59,428 nt of DNA, filler included, from 5 parts of 5 records of this genome joined end to end with filler, not necessarily neighbours in it; one strand, 5' to 3'; positions 26,830 to 38,079 are shown, numbered from the whole stretch's first letter. The notes: generated from the letters alone by a model not told the origin. Numbers and translations: made by a program.

Positions 26830-29800
26830 CTATTCATCTTCGGCGATTTTCAGCCCGCGGTCCGTCAGCACTTCCTCAACCACGAAATCGGTAAGCTTCT
26901 GCTGATTGGTGTAGAACTGGCTGGACCGGAAGAGTTCCGCCAGCGCCGAATCCACAGCGATGTTGAATTCAAAGGGCTGGCCCTTCACGATATGGGCGTT
27001 CGCCCCATAGGTAATGTCGTTCCGGCTCTTGCCAGCCAGTTTCAGCGTGATCTTCACCCGGTCTGTCAAATCCCCGTCCAGCCCGACCTCGAGCACCGTG
27101 AAGTCGAAATCCTTCAGCGCCTCGAATGCCAGGCGAACATTGGCGTCGGACTGGGCCGCAGAATCTGCGGCATCTCCCAGATAGGCAACCCGGCCGCCGC
27201 TATCGTCCGCAAACAGTCGCGCATCACGAACCAGGACTTTCGTCCGTTCCACATCGATCGGGAACCGGCCAGACACTGTGCCTTCTGCCTCGATCTTGGG
27301 AAGCTTCAGGATACGGACGAGCTCGGCCAGATCGATCGCATCTGCCGTCACTTCGACATGCTGCGCTTCGGCGCCAAGGGCCCAGTCAAACGGGGCCAGC
27401 GCCAGCGTGCCGCCCGCAAAGGGAAAGGCCGCAGAGTCTACCGCCAGGACTTTCCCGCCTGAAAACGCAAACACGATCCGGCCTTCGCGAAGCGGAACGC
27501 CGGGGTTCATGCCGCCAACCGTCAGCACCTGGCTCGGATCGGTGGAGAGCGTGAACAGATCCGCAAAGTGAACCTGCCCATTCACATTCTCCACCCGCCC
27601 GAGGCGTGTCGTCTGAAATCCGAAGTCCGTGACGGACACATCCGCGGTGCCAGCCAGACGCCCGCCATCTATCTTCACATCGGAAGAGGCTTCCATCTGG
27701 CCTGCTGCATCGGTGTAGACCCCGCGCAAACGCTCCGACAGCATGACGGGCTGCAATCCGCCTTTCTTGAATTCCAACACACGCGTGGCGACCCGCGCCG
27801 TGCCGTCGAGCGTCAGCACATTGATATCTGCCGTGATGTCGCCGACCGGCACATCATTGGCTTTCAGGCGTAGCGGACCACTGAGCGCCAATTGCCACTC
27901 ATGCATTTGCGCCGTCAGATCAGAGACGAGCGGCTGATAGACCGGGTCATCCCGGAAATCGCGGATCAGGACCGATCCACCTGCGAGGTCTCCGGACAAG
28001 CCGCCAGAACCGATTTCGCCATCGAAACTGATTTCCTTTGCGGTCACCTTTGCCGGGATCAGTGTTCCGCCAAACACCGTATTGCCCAGCGTCGCGGCAA
28101 GCGCAGGCACTTTGCCTTTGGCCGTCACAAGGCGGACATGAGGGTTTGCCGCCTCAATCGACAGTGTCCGGTCTCCGATATCCATTGGAAGGGAGAGGTC
28201 AGGCGAGGAAAGCGACAGGGTGAAGCCTTTACGCACCGACCAATCGATCGCGGCATTCGTCAGGTTGAGCTCACCGGTCACCGATTTGGATTCAAATGGC
28301 CAGGACAATCTGCCAAGGGAGGCTGTACCGGAGGCATTCCCGTTCCCGGGCTTCATGAACGCGCCTTTGCGCGGACAGAGGTTGAGCTTGTTCGGCTGGA
28401 ACATCACGCCGCCAAGCTTCACGCCTTGCGTATCAAACCGAAGGCATGGCTCATTCACCGGCTCAACGCGAAGCCCCTCTTCCCGGCTGATCACCTGGAT
28501 TGTGCCGCTCAGCCGAGAGTCGGAGAGCTCAATCCCGAACACGGGTCCGGACAGCGACACCCAACCGCCTGCGTTTACGCTCAGATCGTCTGGTTTCGAG
28601 CTGACTCTTAGTGATGAGAGATCCATGCCAAACCGTGTTCCGCTCACGGACCAAGGGGACAGATCCACTGAACGCGCATCAATGAGCAAGCCGCTGCTTC
28701 CAAATGCCAGTGAGTTGAGGTCTGCAGACAGTCGTGGCGCGCCGCCGCCATTCAGGGACAGTTCACCGCCAATGGAGGCCATTCCGCCATGCAGACTGAA
28801 CCAGGGCTTGTCCGTCCGCTGAGACGACACCGACAAAGCCAGACCACTCGCCGCCTTAAGCGACGCAGTATCCTGCGCATCGAGCGTAAATTTTCCTTCG
28901 CGCACTGTCATACCGACCTGCGCCTCAGCGTCGAAATCAGACAGCGCCCGGCTCAAGGCCGCTCGCAAACTGTCACCATGCGCCGTCAGGGGAGACGGCA
29001 GTTTCACGCGGCTGAGCGGGCCCTCTGTAAATGTTTCTGTCAGGACAGCATCTGTGGCGGCGACCCGGCCAAAGAAGCGGACACCCTCCGCTTCCGTCCA
29101 GGCAACTTCGCCTTCCGCGGACAGGTCACCCGCCTTGCCTTGCGGCATCGAGAGATCCGTCAGGGAAAAATCCGTTGGCCCGGCAATCGTGCCGTCTGTT
29201 TTGCGCAATGAGGCTTCGACAAGGGCCCTGCCAGCGGAATAGCCGCGCCACCCCGATTTCCCGGATTCCAGTTGAATGTCTGCCTCGGTCAATGCGTCGA
29301 GCAGCGCCTCTGGCGTCGCATCGGTCACCCGGTCCAGTAGCGCATGACCACTTGTCTCGAGGCCGAAGAGCGCAAAGTCCGCGCCGGAGGCTTCCGTTAT
29401 CCGCCCCTCCCAGACCAGTCGCGCGGGCGCCTCTTCGTCAACACCTGACTCGATGGTCGCCACCAATTGCGCATCGGTCAGGCTCACATCATCAGTGCGC
29501 ATTTCTTCGAGGGTGAGAGTCACCCGGCCTTCCAACTGGCCATTGCGCGCAACAAGATCCGCAACACCGCCAGACCAGCGAAGGTATCCCTGCGGCTCGT
29601 CCAGATGGGCAGGATTCAACACGATGGAGGCTGTGGCATCCTTCAGGAAAAAACCACTCGCCGAGACACTGGCGCCGACCTCACCGGCGCTCGTCCGGAT
29701 CAGGATACGTCCATCGCGAATATCGACCGCCGGAAGCGCGCCCCCGCTACCACTGCCACCAGACGGCACCAGCCGCTCAAGCCCGTAAAAGCCGATTTGT

Positions 29801-30183
29801 CCGTCAGCAAGCGCCCCGCGGACGACGGGCGCTTCCAGCTCAACGCCAGCGACACGCGGCGTGAAAAACCCAGGCCACGCCAGCCGGACACGCGCCCCAG
29901 GCGCTTCGAAGGCCGTCTGGCCCTGCCCTTTTATGGTAAGATCGCTGATCGCAGCGCCATCGAGCCCCAGCTCGTCAAACCGGGCCGAACAGGCGAGATT
30001 CCGTCCGGCGCACCAGTCAGCCAGTACCTGCCCGGCAATGCTTTTCCGCATCACCCAGCCAGCAATCAGGCCGAACAGTACCAGCAGCACAGTCCCTGCC
30101 AGCACACGACGTACCCAGCGCGCACGCGCCGATGGCGCCTTGCGGGCTGTTTTGCTAAAATCTCCGTCATCTGCCTGCGTCAC
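26830..30183 (-). CDS. ydbH: YdbH (AsmA-like) intermembrane bridge protein
   Basis: N-terminal TM helix, long beta-rich body, C-terminal PFAGG...G.VSG..P, AL..F.F..L; heads ydbH-ynbE-ydbL. Confidence 0.82.
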   Translation of the reverse strand: MTQADDGDFSKTARKAPSARARWVRRVLAGTVLLVLFGLIAGWVMRKSIAGQVLADWCAGRNLACSARFDELGLDGAAISDLTIKGQGQTAFEAPGARVRLAWPGFFTPRVAGVELEAPVVRGALADGQIGFYGLERLVPSGGSGSGGALPAVDIRDGRILIRTSAGEVGASVSASGFFLKDATASIVLNPAHLDEPQGYLRWSGGVADLVARNGQLEGRVTLTLEEMRTDDVSLTDAQLVATIESGVDEEAPARLVWEGRITEASGADFALFGLETSGHALLDRVTDATPEALLDALTEADIQLESGKSGWRGYSAGRALVEASLRKTDGTIAGPTDFSLTDLSMPQGKAGDLSAEGEVAWTEAEGVRFFGRVAATDAVLTETFTEGPLSRVKLPSPLTAHGDSLRAALSRALSDFDAEAQVGMTVREGKFTLDAQDTASLKAASGLALSVSSQRTDKPWFSLHGGMASIGGELSLNGGGAPRLSADLNSLAFGSSGLLIDARSVDLSPWSVSGTRFGMDLSSLRVSSKPDDLSVNAGGWVSLSGPVFGIELSDSRLSGTIQVISREEGLRVEPVNEPCLRFDTQGVKLGGVMFQPNKLNLCPRKGAFMKPGNGNASGTASLGRLSWPFESKSVTGELNLTNAAIDWSVRKGFTLSLSSPDLSLPMDIGDRTLSIEAANPHVRLVTAKGKVPALAATLGNTVFGGTLIPAKVTAKEISFDGEIGSGGLSGDLAGGSVLIRDFRDDPVYQPLVSDLTAQMHEWQLALSGPLRLKANDVPVGDITADINVLTLDGTARVATRVLEFKKGGLQPVMLSERLRGVYTDAAGQMEASSDVKIDGGRLAGTADVSVTDFGFQTTRLGRVENVNGQVHFADLFTLSTDPSQVLTVGGMNPGVPLREGRIVFAFSGGKVLAVDSAAFPFAGGTLALAPFDWALGAEAQHVEVTADAIDLAELVRILKLPKIEAEGTVSGRFPIDVERTKVLVRDARLFADDSGGRVAYLGDAADSAAQSDANVRLAFEALKDFDFTVLEVGLDGDLTDRVKITLKLAGKSRNDITYGANAHIVKGQPFEFNIAVDSALAELFRSSQFYTNQQKLTDFVVEEVLTDRGLKIAEDE

Positions 30184-30372
30184 TGACTCATCCGGCTTGC
30201 GTCCGGCTCGCTGTGGAAATTAGAATCTTGCCTGAAAGGGGAATTCCTTTCCGGCCTTGTTTCAAAAGCCTTAATAGGCAAAGGCGATAACAATTTGGCG
30301 AATAAACGTCCGTCTGCATGGGATTTGCAGGCAGAATGCCAGGGTGGCGAACAAAATGGAGGGGCTTGCAGC

Positions 30373-31746
30373 ATGCAAGACACTCAACAGACGACCGGAC
30401 CCCAGGCGCCAGCGCGCACGACTCTTTCGCATGGCGCGAAGAGCCTTGTCGCGCTGCTGGTACTGGGTACAGGCTCGGCCCTTGTGGGCCTGCTGATCGC
30501 CGGACCGAACGGCCAGAACGGGCCGGGCGTCGCAGAAGCGGCCCCTGCCCCACCGCCGCTGGCGACGACCCTGCTGACCGCCACAGACATTGAGCCACCC
30601 GCAGCGCCGCTGCAGACGGCGACCGGCACGCTTGCCCGCCGCGAGACGCTGACCGGCCTCGTCCAACGCCTCGGTGCCCCCGCGAACGAAGCGGCCAGCG
30701 CCCTTCAGACCCTTTACGACCAGGACCTGATCGATCCGCGGCGACTTCTGCCAGGTCTCGAAGCCGAAGTGTTCCTGGATGACGGGCATCTCAGCGCCCT
30801 TAACGTGAAAGCAGAGGCTGGCCGGAACCTGTTCATCAAGCGTAGCTCGGACGGCGGATGGACCGCCGCAGCCCTGAACGCCCGCCTGACTCCGCAATAT
30901 CACCGCGTCGGAGCCCCGATCGAAACCTCGATCTATGAAACGGCATTGAACCTCGGCGCAGGGGACCAGCAAGTCGTCGACTTCGCCTCCGTCTTCGCCT
31001 ACGACGTTGACTTCCAACGCGAAATTCACCCAGGCGACTCCTTCGAAATGGTGTACGAGACGTACACCGATGAGGCCGGGCACCCGGTGAAGACCGGCAA
31101 CCTGATCTACGCCGCCCTCAACGGCCAGGCCCTGACGCGCAGCTTCTACCGCTTTACGCCCGCAGACGATGGCGAGACCGATTACTTCGATTTCAATGGC
31201 GAAAGCGCCACGAAATTCCTCATGAAGACGCCGATCAACGGCGCGCGGCTTTCCTCTTCCTTCGGGAATCGCGTCCATCCGATTTCCGGCTATACCCGCC
31301 TGCACAAGGGTACGGACTTCGCTGCACCGACCGGCACACCTGTCTATGCGGCCGGGAACGGCACGGTCGAATGGGCCGCCCGCCGCGGAGGCTATGGCAA
31401 CTACATCATCGTGCGCCACGCCAATGGCTACAAAACGGCTTATGCCCACCTGTCGCGCTATGCCCGCGGCCTGCGCAAGGGACGCCGTGTGCGCCAGGGC
31501 GAAATCATTGGTTATGTCGGATCAACAGGTGCCTCCACCGGACCACACCTGCACTATGAGGTGTACATCAATGCCAAGCCGGTGAACGCGATGAAGCTGA
31601 AACTGCCCACCGGCCGCAAACTGGCGGAGACGCCGCTCATGATGGACGAGTTCCTGAAGGCCCGTGACGAGATCGACACCATTCGTGCCGAAGAGGGCGC
31701 GTCCCTGCTCAGCGTCTCGCTGCCAATGAACCCGCCCTCCCCCTGA
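30373..31746 (+). CDS. M23 family peptidoglycan endopeptidase (MepM-like)
   Basis: HKGTD, YAHL, STGPHLHYE zinc motifs; N-terminal TM; start uncertain (30295 or 30373). Confidence 0.92.
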   Translation: MQDTQQTTGPQAPARTTLSHGAKSLVALLVLGTGSALVGLLIAGPNGQNGPGVAEAAPAPPPLATTLLTATDIEPPAAPLQTATGTLARRETLTGLVQRLGAPANEAASALQTLYDQDLIDPRRLLPGLEAEVFLDDGHLSALNVKAEAGRNLFIKRSSDGGWTAAALNARLTPQYHRVGAPIETSIYETALNLGAGDQQVVDFASVFAYDVDFQREIHPGDSFEMVYETYTDEAGHPVKTGNLIYAALNGQALTRSFYRFTPADDGETDYFDFNGESATKFLMKTPINGARLSSSFGNRVHPISGYTRLHKGTDFAAPTGTPVYAAGNGTVEWAARRGGYGNYIIVRHANGYKTAYAHLSRYARGLRKGRRVRQGEIIGYVGSTGASTGPHLHYEVYINAKPVNAMKLKLPTGRKLAETPLMMDEFLKARDEIDTIRAEEGASLLSVSLPMNPPSP

Positions 31747-31774
31747 GGCACAGCAAACCCGCAGGCTAAAATGC

Positions 31775-31803
31775 AAACGGCGCAGGTTTCCCTGCGCCGT
31801 TTC
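31775..31803. terminator. Bidirectional intrinsic terminator
   Basis: AAACGGCGCAGG-TTTC-CCTGCGCCGTTT between convergent genes. Confidence 0.8.
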
Positions 31804-31821
31804 CGTTTGATGTGACGTTGC

Positions 31822-33277
31822 TTAGTTCAAAACAGCTGCGCCCTTGGCGAAGTCGTTGGGGACGCCATTGATGGAGAGCTGGTCGCCTTCCACGCCGATC
31901 TTGATGGTTTCGCCATCATGGATCCGGCCTTCCAGAAGCAGCCGGGCCAGCGGGTCCTGAAGCTCCTTCTGGATCACCCGCTTCAACGGACGGGCGCCAT
32001 AGACCGGGTCATAACCGCGGGCGGCCAGCCAGTTGCGGGCGTCGAGGCTGAGCTCCAGCTTCATCTTCCGGTCCTTCAGCAGACCTTCGAGGCGCTCCAT
32101 CTGGATGTCGACGATGTGGTCGATCTCGCCGCGGCCCAGCCGTTTGAAGAAGACGATCTCGTCGATCCGGTTGATGAACTCCGGACGGAAGTGCGCCCGG
32201 ATGGCCCCCATCACCGCATCTTTCGCACTCTCGGAGATGTCGCCTTCCTCACCTGAGGCCAGCGCATCGGCGCCGAGGTTCGACGTCATGATGATGATCG
32301 TGTTCTTGAAGTCCACGGTCCGGCCCTGGCCATCCGTCAGGCGACCATCGTCGAGCACCTGTAGCAGCGTGTTGAACAGGTCCGGGTGGGCCTTCTCGAC
32401 CTCGTCGAACAGCACGACCTGGTAAGGACGCCGGCGGACCGCCTCGGTCAGTACGCCGCCTTCATCATAGCCGACATAGCCGGGAGGCGCGCCGATCAGG
32501 CGGGCCACGGAGTGCTTCTCCGAGAACTCCGACATGTCGAGCCGCAGGATGGCCGTGTCGTCGTCGAACATGAATTCGGCGAGCGCCTTGGTCAGCTCCG
32601 TCTTACCGACACCGGTCGGACCGACAAACAGGAACGAGCCGATCGGACGATTCGGATCCTGCAGGCCGGCACGCGCGCGGCGCACGGCATTCGACACCGC
32701 TTCAAGTGCCGGGTCCTGGCCGACAACCCGCTTGCGCAGGGCGTCTTCCATTTTCAGCAGCTTCTCACGCTCGCCTTCCATCATCTTGTCGACAGGAATA
32801 CCCGTCCACTTCGAGACCACGGCCGCGATGTCTTCGGGCTTCACAACTTCGGAGACGACTCCGCCGCCGCCATCTTCGCTGCTCTCGGTTTCCCGGATCA
32901 GTTTTTCCAGCTGCGGAATGGTCGCGAACTTGAGCTCGGACGCCTTGGCGAGATCGCCCTGGCGCTGGGCTTCGGCCATTTCGGCATAGGCCCGGTCCAG
33001 CTGCTCCTTCGCGGTGGCAGCGCCTTTCAGCTTGTTCTTTTCCGCGCTCCAGGCCGTCGTCAGTTCGTCAGAATGCGCCTGCAGTTCTGCAATCTCTTCT
33101 TCAAGCGTATTCAGGCGCTCTTTGGAGGCTGCGTCCTTTTCTTTCTTCAGCGCTTCGGCTTCGATCTTCAGCTGCAACAGACGCCGGTCGATCTCGTCCA
33201 GTTCTTCCGGCTTGGAGTCCACCTGCATGCGCAGGCGCGAAGCGGCTTCGTCCATCAGGTCGATGGCCTTGTCCGGC
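31822..33277 (-). CDS. clpB: Chaperone ClpB (5'-truncated)
   Basis: PDKAIDLMDEAAS, coiled-coil M domain, GPTGVGKTEL, GAPPGYVGY, GARPLKR. Confidence 0.97.
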
Positions 33278-33377
33278 NNNNNNNNNNNNNNNNNNNNNNN
33301 NNNNNNNNNNNNNNNNNNNNNTTAATTAATTAANNNNNNNNNNNNNNNNNNNNNNNNNNNNNNNNNNNNNNNNNNNN
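33278..33377. other. Artificial contig spacer
   Basis: N44-TTAATTAATTAA-N44. Confidence 0.99.
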
Positions 33378-33756
33378 TGGCGGCGGCGCATTCTCCGGCA
33401 AGGACCCCTCCAAGGTCGACCGTTCGGCAGCCTATGCCGGCCGCTACGTGGCCAAGAACATCGTCGCTGCAGGGCTGGCGGATCGCTGTGAAATCCAGGT
33501 GTCCTACGCCATCGGCGTCGCCGAACCGACATCGATCTCGGTCAATACCTTCGGCACCGGCAAACTGGGTGACAGCCACATCGCGGACCTGGTGCGCGAA
33601 CATTTCGACCTGCGCCCCAAGGGCCTGATCGCCATGCTCGACCTGAAGCGGCCTATCTATCGCAAGACCGCGGCCTACGGACACTTCGGCCGGGACGACA
33701 CCGACTTCACCTGGGAAAGAACCGACAAGGCAGACATCCTGAAAGCCGTCCTCTAA
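33378..33756 (+). CDS. metK: S-adenosylmethionine synthetase (5'-truncated)
   Basis: [36 protein letters not shown]. Confidence 0.97.
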
Positions 33757-33834
33757 GTGGAGCGGCAACTTCTTAACTTTGAACCAGCATCACCAACATA
33801 GAACCGGCCTGGTGCCGACCAAGGGAATAGCATT

Positions 33835-35226
33835 ATGAGCACTGCAGAGAAAATCGAGACCACACAGGACTACAAGGTAGCCGACATCTCCCTCGCGGAG
33901 TGGGGCCGCCGGGAACTGGATATCGCCGAGGGCGAAATGCCGGCACTGATGGCGCTGCGGGAGAAGTACCGCGATCACCAGCCGCTGGCGGGCGCGAAAA
34001 TCCTGGGCTGTATTCACATGACCATCCAGACCGGCGTACTCATCGAGACGCTGATCGAACTGGGAGCGGAAGTGCGCTGGTCCTCCTGCAACATCTTTTC
34101 CACCCAGGACCACGCCGCTGCGGCCATCGCCGCCGCCGGCGTACCGGTGTTCGCCTGGAAGGGTGAGACCGAGGAGGAGTACGACTGGTGCATCGAGCAG
34201 ACCATCCTCAAGGACGGCCAACCCTGGGACGCCAACATGGTGCTTGACGACGGTGGCGACCTGACCGGCATGCTCCACGCCAACTATCCCGCGATGCTGG
34301 ACAAGATCCACGGCATCACCGAAGAGACCACCACCGGCGTCCATCGCCTGCTGGAAATGCTGGAGAAAGGCACCCTGAAAGTGCCGGCGGTTAACGTCAA
34401 TGACTCGGTAACCAAGTCAAAGAACGACAACAAGTACGGCTGCCGCCACAGCCTGAATGACGCGATCAAGCGCGCCACCGACCACCTGCTGGCCGGCAAG
34501 AAAGCACTGGTCATCGGCTACGGCGACGTGGGCAAGGGTTCCGCCCAGTCCCTGCGCCAGGAAGGCATGATCGTACGGATTACCGAAATCGACCCGATCT
34601 GCGCCATGCAGGCCTGCATGGATGGCTATGAAGTGGTTTCGCCTTACATCGACGGTATCAACGACGGTACCGGCAACAACATCGACAAGGCGCTGCTGCA
34701 GAACACTGACCTTATCGTCACCACCACGGGCAACTTCAACGTGTGTAACGAGCACATGCTGAACGCGCTTAAGAGCGGTGCTGTGGTGTGCAACATCGGC
34801 CACTTCGATAATGAGATCGATACCGCCTACATGCGCCGCAACTGGGAGTGGGAAGAGGTCAAGCCGCAGGTCCACAAGATCTATCGTGACCAGGCCGCCA
34901 ACGACCATTTGCTGCTGCTGTCCGAGGGTCGCCTGGTCAACCTGGGTAACGCCACGGGTCACCCGTCGCGGATCATGGATGGCTCCTTCGCCAACCAGGT
35001 GCTGGCCCAGATCTACCTGTACGAGCGCAAGTTCGCCAACCTGGAAGCGGAGCTGAAGCCCGGCGCGCTGGCGGTTGAGGTGCTGCCCAAGAAGCTCGAC
35101 GAGGAAGTCGCAGCGCACATGGTCTCCGGCTTTGGCGGTGTCCTGACCCGGCTGACCCCGGAGCAGGCCGAGTACATCAATGTGCCGGTGAACGGCCCGT
35201 TCAAGCCAGACGCCTACAAGTACTGA
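33835..35226 (+). CDS. ahcY: Adenosylhomocysteinase
   Basis: [44 protein letters not shown]. Confidence 0.98.
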   Translation: MSTAEKIETTQDYKVADISLAEWGRRELDIAEGEMPALMALREKYRDHQPLAGAKILGCIHMTIQTGVLIETLIELGAEVRWSSCNIFSTQDHAAAAIAAAGVPVFAWKGETEEEYDWCIEQTILKDGQPWDANMVLDDGGDLTGMLHANYPAMLDKIHGITEETTTGVHRLLEMLEKGTLKVPAVNVNDSVTKSKNDNKYGCRHSLNDAIKRATDHLLAGKKALVIGYGDVGKGSAQSLRQEGMIVRITEIDPICAMQACMDGYEVVSPYIDGINDGTGNNIDKALLQNTDLIVTTTGNFNVCNEHMLNALKSGAVVCNIGHFDNEIDTAYMRRNWEWEEVKPQVHKIYRDQAANDHLLLLSEGRLVNLGNATGHPSRIMDGSFANQVLAQIYLYERKFANLEAELKPGALAVEVLPKKLDEEVAAHMVSGFGGVLTRLTPEQAEYINVPVNGPFKPDAYKY

Positions 35227-35235
35227 GGTAAACCC

Positions 35236-36075
35236 ATGAGCGGTGGCAAGGATCACATCAGCTTCGAGTTTTTCCCGCCGAACACTGTGGCCGGTGCGGA
35301 GAAGCTGGTGTCAGAAACCGTCCCGGCGCTGAACGCCCTGGGTCCGGAGTTTTTCTCCGTGACCTACGGCGCCGGCGGATCGACCCGGGACAAAACCCTC
35401 GGCGTGGTCAGCGCAGTAAAGGATATCGGTGCCAACGTGGCGCCGCACCTGAGCTTCGGTGCCGATGACGAGGACATGATCGCCGGACTGTTGAAAACCT
35501 ACCAGGAGCGCGGCATTGACCGGGTCGTCGCCCTGCGCGGTGACCTGCCCTCCGGGATGGGTGGCACGGGCCAGATGGTCTACGCCAACGAACTGGTGGC
35601 CTTCATCCGGGAGCATACCGGCGATCACTTCACCATTTCGGTCGCCGCCTACCCGGAGATCCATCCGCAGGCGGAAAGCTATGACCGGGATATTCATTTC
35701 CTGAAAGGCAAGTTCGACGCCGGAGCGGACAACGCCATCACCCAGTATTTCTTCAACGTCGAGTCCTACTTCTACTTCATGGACCAGTGCGCGGCAGCTG
35801 GCATCGACAAACCCATCTACGCCGGGATCATGCCGATTACCAATTTCGGCAACCTGGCCCGCTTCTCGAAAAACTGCGGCGCGGAAATTCCGCGCTGGAT
35901 CTGCCAGCGCATCGAAGGTTTCGGTGACGATCAGGAGAGCGTGCTGCGCTTCGGCATCGACGTGGTAACCCAGCTCTGCCAGACCCTGCTGGACAACGGC
36001 GCACCGGGCATCCACTTCTACACCATGAACCAGGTGGAGCCGACCCGGCAAATCTGCAAGCAGCTGGGCCTCTAG
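35236..36075 (+). CDS. metF: 5,10-methylenetetrahydrofolate reductase
   Basis: SFEFFPP, SVTYGAGG, ALRGD, YPE.HP, ITQYFF, HFYTMN. Confidence 0.97.
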   Translation: MSGGKDHISFEFFPPNTVAGAEKLVSETVPALNALGPEFFSVTYGAGGSTRDKTLGVVSAVKDIGANVAPHLSFGADDEDMIAGLLKTYQERGIDRVVALRGDLPSGMGGTGQMVYANELVAFIREHTGDHFTISVAAYPEIHPQAESYDRDIHFLKGKFDAGADNAITQYFFNVESYFYFMDQCAAAGIDKPIYAGIMPITNFGNLARFSKNCGAEIPRWICQRIEGFGDDQESVLRFGIDVVTQLCQTLLDNGAPGIHFYTMNQVEPTRQICKQLGL

Positions 36076-36084
36076 GCCAGCACC

Positions 36085-36819
36085 GTGCGAATCCCGCGCA
36101 TCTTCAGCGAAACCGAACTGGCCCCGGCCAGTCGGGTGCAGCTGGAGGCGGCTCCAAGCCAGCATCTGGTGCGAGTCCTGCGCCTGCAGGCCGGAGACCC
36201 GGTGATCCTGTTCGACGGCCGGGGCGGCGAATACCCGGCCACCATTGTTGACGCCGACAAGCGCGCCACGGTAGTCGAGACCGCGTCACATGATCCGGTG
36301 GAACGGGAGTCGCCTCTGCAGGTACACCTGGGCATCGGCATCTCCCGTGGCGACCGGATGGACTGGATCGTGCAGAAGTCTACCGAGCTGGGCGTCGCCC
36401 GGATCACCCCCCTGATCAGCGAACGCACGGAGGTGCGCCTCAAGGGCGAGCGCGAGGAGCGCAAGCGGCTGCACTGGCAACAGGTCGCCAACAGCGCCTG
36501 CGAGCAGTGTTTCCGCAACCGGGTTCCGGTGGTGGCTTCAGCAGCCCCGCTGGATAGCTGGCTGGGCAGCGTCGATGCCGAGGCGAAATTCGTTCTCCAT
36601 CATCGCGCCGACGCGCTGGACGCCGGTTCGCAGGCCCCCTCTACGGTAGCACTGCTGGTGGGCCCGGAAGGCGGGCTAAGTGACGCTGAAATCAAGGCAG
36701 CTGAGCAGCAGGGCTTTCAGTCGCTGCGACTCGGGCCGCGCGTCCTGCGCACCGAAACCGCACCCCTGGTTGCCCTGTCCCTGTTGCAGGCACGCTGGGG
36801 CGACCTGTCAGTGGGCTGA
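36085..36819 (+). CDS. rsmE: 16S rRNA m3U1498 methyltransferase
   Basis: HLVRVLRL, QKSTELG, GPEGG, LGPRVLRTETA. Confidence 0.97.
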   Translation: MRIPRIFSETELAPASRVQLEAAPSQHLVRVLRLQAGDPVILFDGRGGEYPATIVDADKRATVVETASHDPVERESPLQVHLGIGISRGDRMDWIVQKSTELGVARITPLISERTEVRLKGEREERKRLHWQQVANSACEQCFRNRVPVVASAAPLDSWLGSVDAEAKFVLHHRADALDAGSQAPSTVALLVGPEGGLSDAEIKAAEQQGFQSLRLGPRVLRTETAPLVALSLLQARWGDLSVG

Positions 36820-36831
36820 ACCCACCGGCAG

Positions 36832-38079
36832 CTAACGCGCCAACCAGCGGGCGTGACTCCACTCCAGGAAGTCCGCCGCGGCATTCACCACGTGGTCCGT
36901 CCTCACCGAATGGAAGATTTCGAAGGCGTGCTGCGCGCCCGGCAGTTCTGCATAGACCACGGCCTGCTCGGACTCGGCCTGCAGCGCGGCGGCAAAGCTG
37001 CGCGCTTCCTCCACCCAGACCAGCGAGTCATGCGTGCCCTGGAGGACAAAGAAGGGTGGCGCATCCCGGCGCACCCGGGACAGCGGAGACGCATCGTCCC
37101 ACAAGTCCCGGTTGTCGACCTTGGAGCACTGCATCACATTCTTGCCGATCACCTCGTCCATCGACATGGACGGACGAATGGCATGGCGGTCGAGGAAATC
37201 GTACACCCCGTAAAACGGCACCGCCGCCTGCAAGCTGGTATCGGCGGTCTCAAAGCCCGGCTGCCACTCGGGCAGGTTGGGGGTGAGTGCGGCCAACGCG
37301 GTGAGGTGACCGCCGGCAGAGCCACCGGTTATGGCAATGAAATCCGGGTTGCCCCCGTATTCGGCGATGTGCTCGCGGATCCAGGCGATCGACTTCTTGA
37401 CGTCGATGATATGCGCAGGGAAAGCGGCTTTCGGGCTCAAGCGGTAATTGATCGCCACGCAGATCCAGCCGCGCTGGGCCATGTGGTACATCAGCGGCTT
37501 GCCCTGTTGCTCTTTCTCCCCAATCATCCAGGCGCCGCCGTGTACCTGCAGCAATACCGGAAATCCCCCTTCCCGGGGCTGGACCGGCTGGTAGATATCC
37601 AGCTGGTTGCGCTTGCCAGCATCGCCGTATTCCAGGTGCCGGTGCTGGCGGACACCCTCCCGCGGAAACCTGAAGGGCTGCAGCCAGCTGCCGGAGCGGA
37701 TCTCATCAAGCAACAGCGGGCGCCGCTCGGCGGGAATCTCATCGCGGTAGTTATCGCCGAGATCTCGACGCAGGGCGGCGCGCAGGAACACGGGGGTATC
37801 CATGGCCTGCACGTGCAGATACACCAGCCCCAACCAGGACAAGGCGAATACCGCCAGTCCGCACTGCGCCAGCGGGTCTTCAAACAGGCCGGCCACGCCC
37901 AGCACCGCGGTTAATCCAAGCTGCAGCATCAGGTGAATGAGGGCCAACTCGCCGGTGAGCCAGCCCAGCAGGAAATACAGCGGCACCAGCCAGTAAAGTT
38001 GCCGTGCCTTGATCACCGCTGCGGCGGTGCCGATGGCGCTGAAGATGGCCAGCGCAAAATAGATGCCTGCAAAGCTCAC
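36832..38079 (-). CDS. Membrane-anchored alpha/beta hydrolase (HSL-like esterase)
   Basis: HGGAW, GGSAGGH, GTHD, QHAF; about 3 N-terminal TM helices; start uncertain (GTG 38079 chosen). Confidence 0.85.
   Translation of the reverse strand: MSFAGIYFALAIFSAIGTAAAVIKARQLYWLVPLYFLLGWLTGELALIHLMLQLGLTAVLGVAGLFEDPLAQCGLAVFALSWLGLVYLHVQAMDTPVFLRAALRRDLGDNYRDEIPAERRPLLLDEIRSGSWLQPFRFPREGVRQHRHLEYGDAGKRNQLDIYQPVQPREGGFPVLLQVHGGAWMIGEKEQQGKPLMYHMAQRGWICVAINYRLSPKAAFPAHIIDVKKSIAWIREHIAEYGGNPDFIAITGGSAGGHLTALAALTPNLPEWQPGFETADTSLQAAVPFYGVYDFLDRHAIRPSMSMDEVIGKNVMQCSKVDNRDLWDDASPLSRVRRDAPPFFVLQGTHDSLVWVEEARSFAAALQAESEQAVVYAELPGAQHAFEIFHSVRTDHVVNAAADFLEWSHARWLAR

Noticed and set aside
33757-33834. Possible SAH riboswitch upstream of ahcY (GGAGCG present)
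   Set aside because: Only 78 nt, with no complementary CGCTC pseudoknot partner or AGGCTC element visible; an Infernal search with the SAH model would settle it
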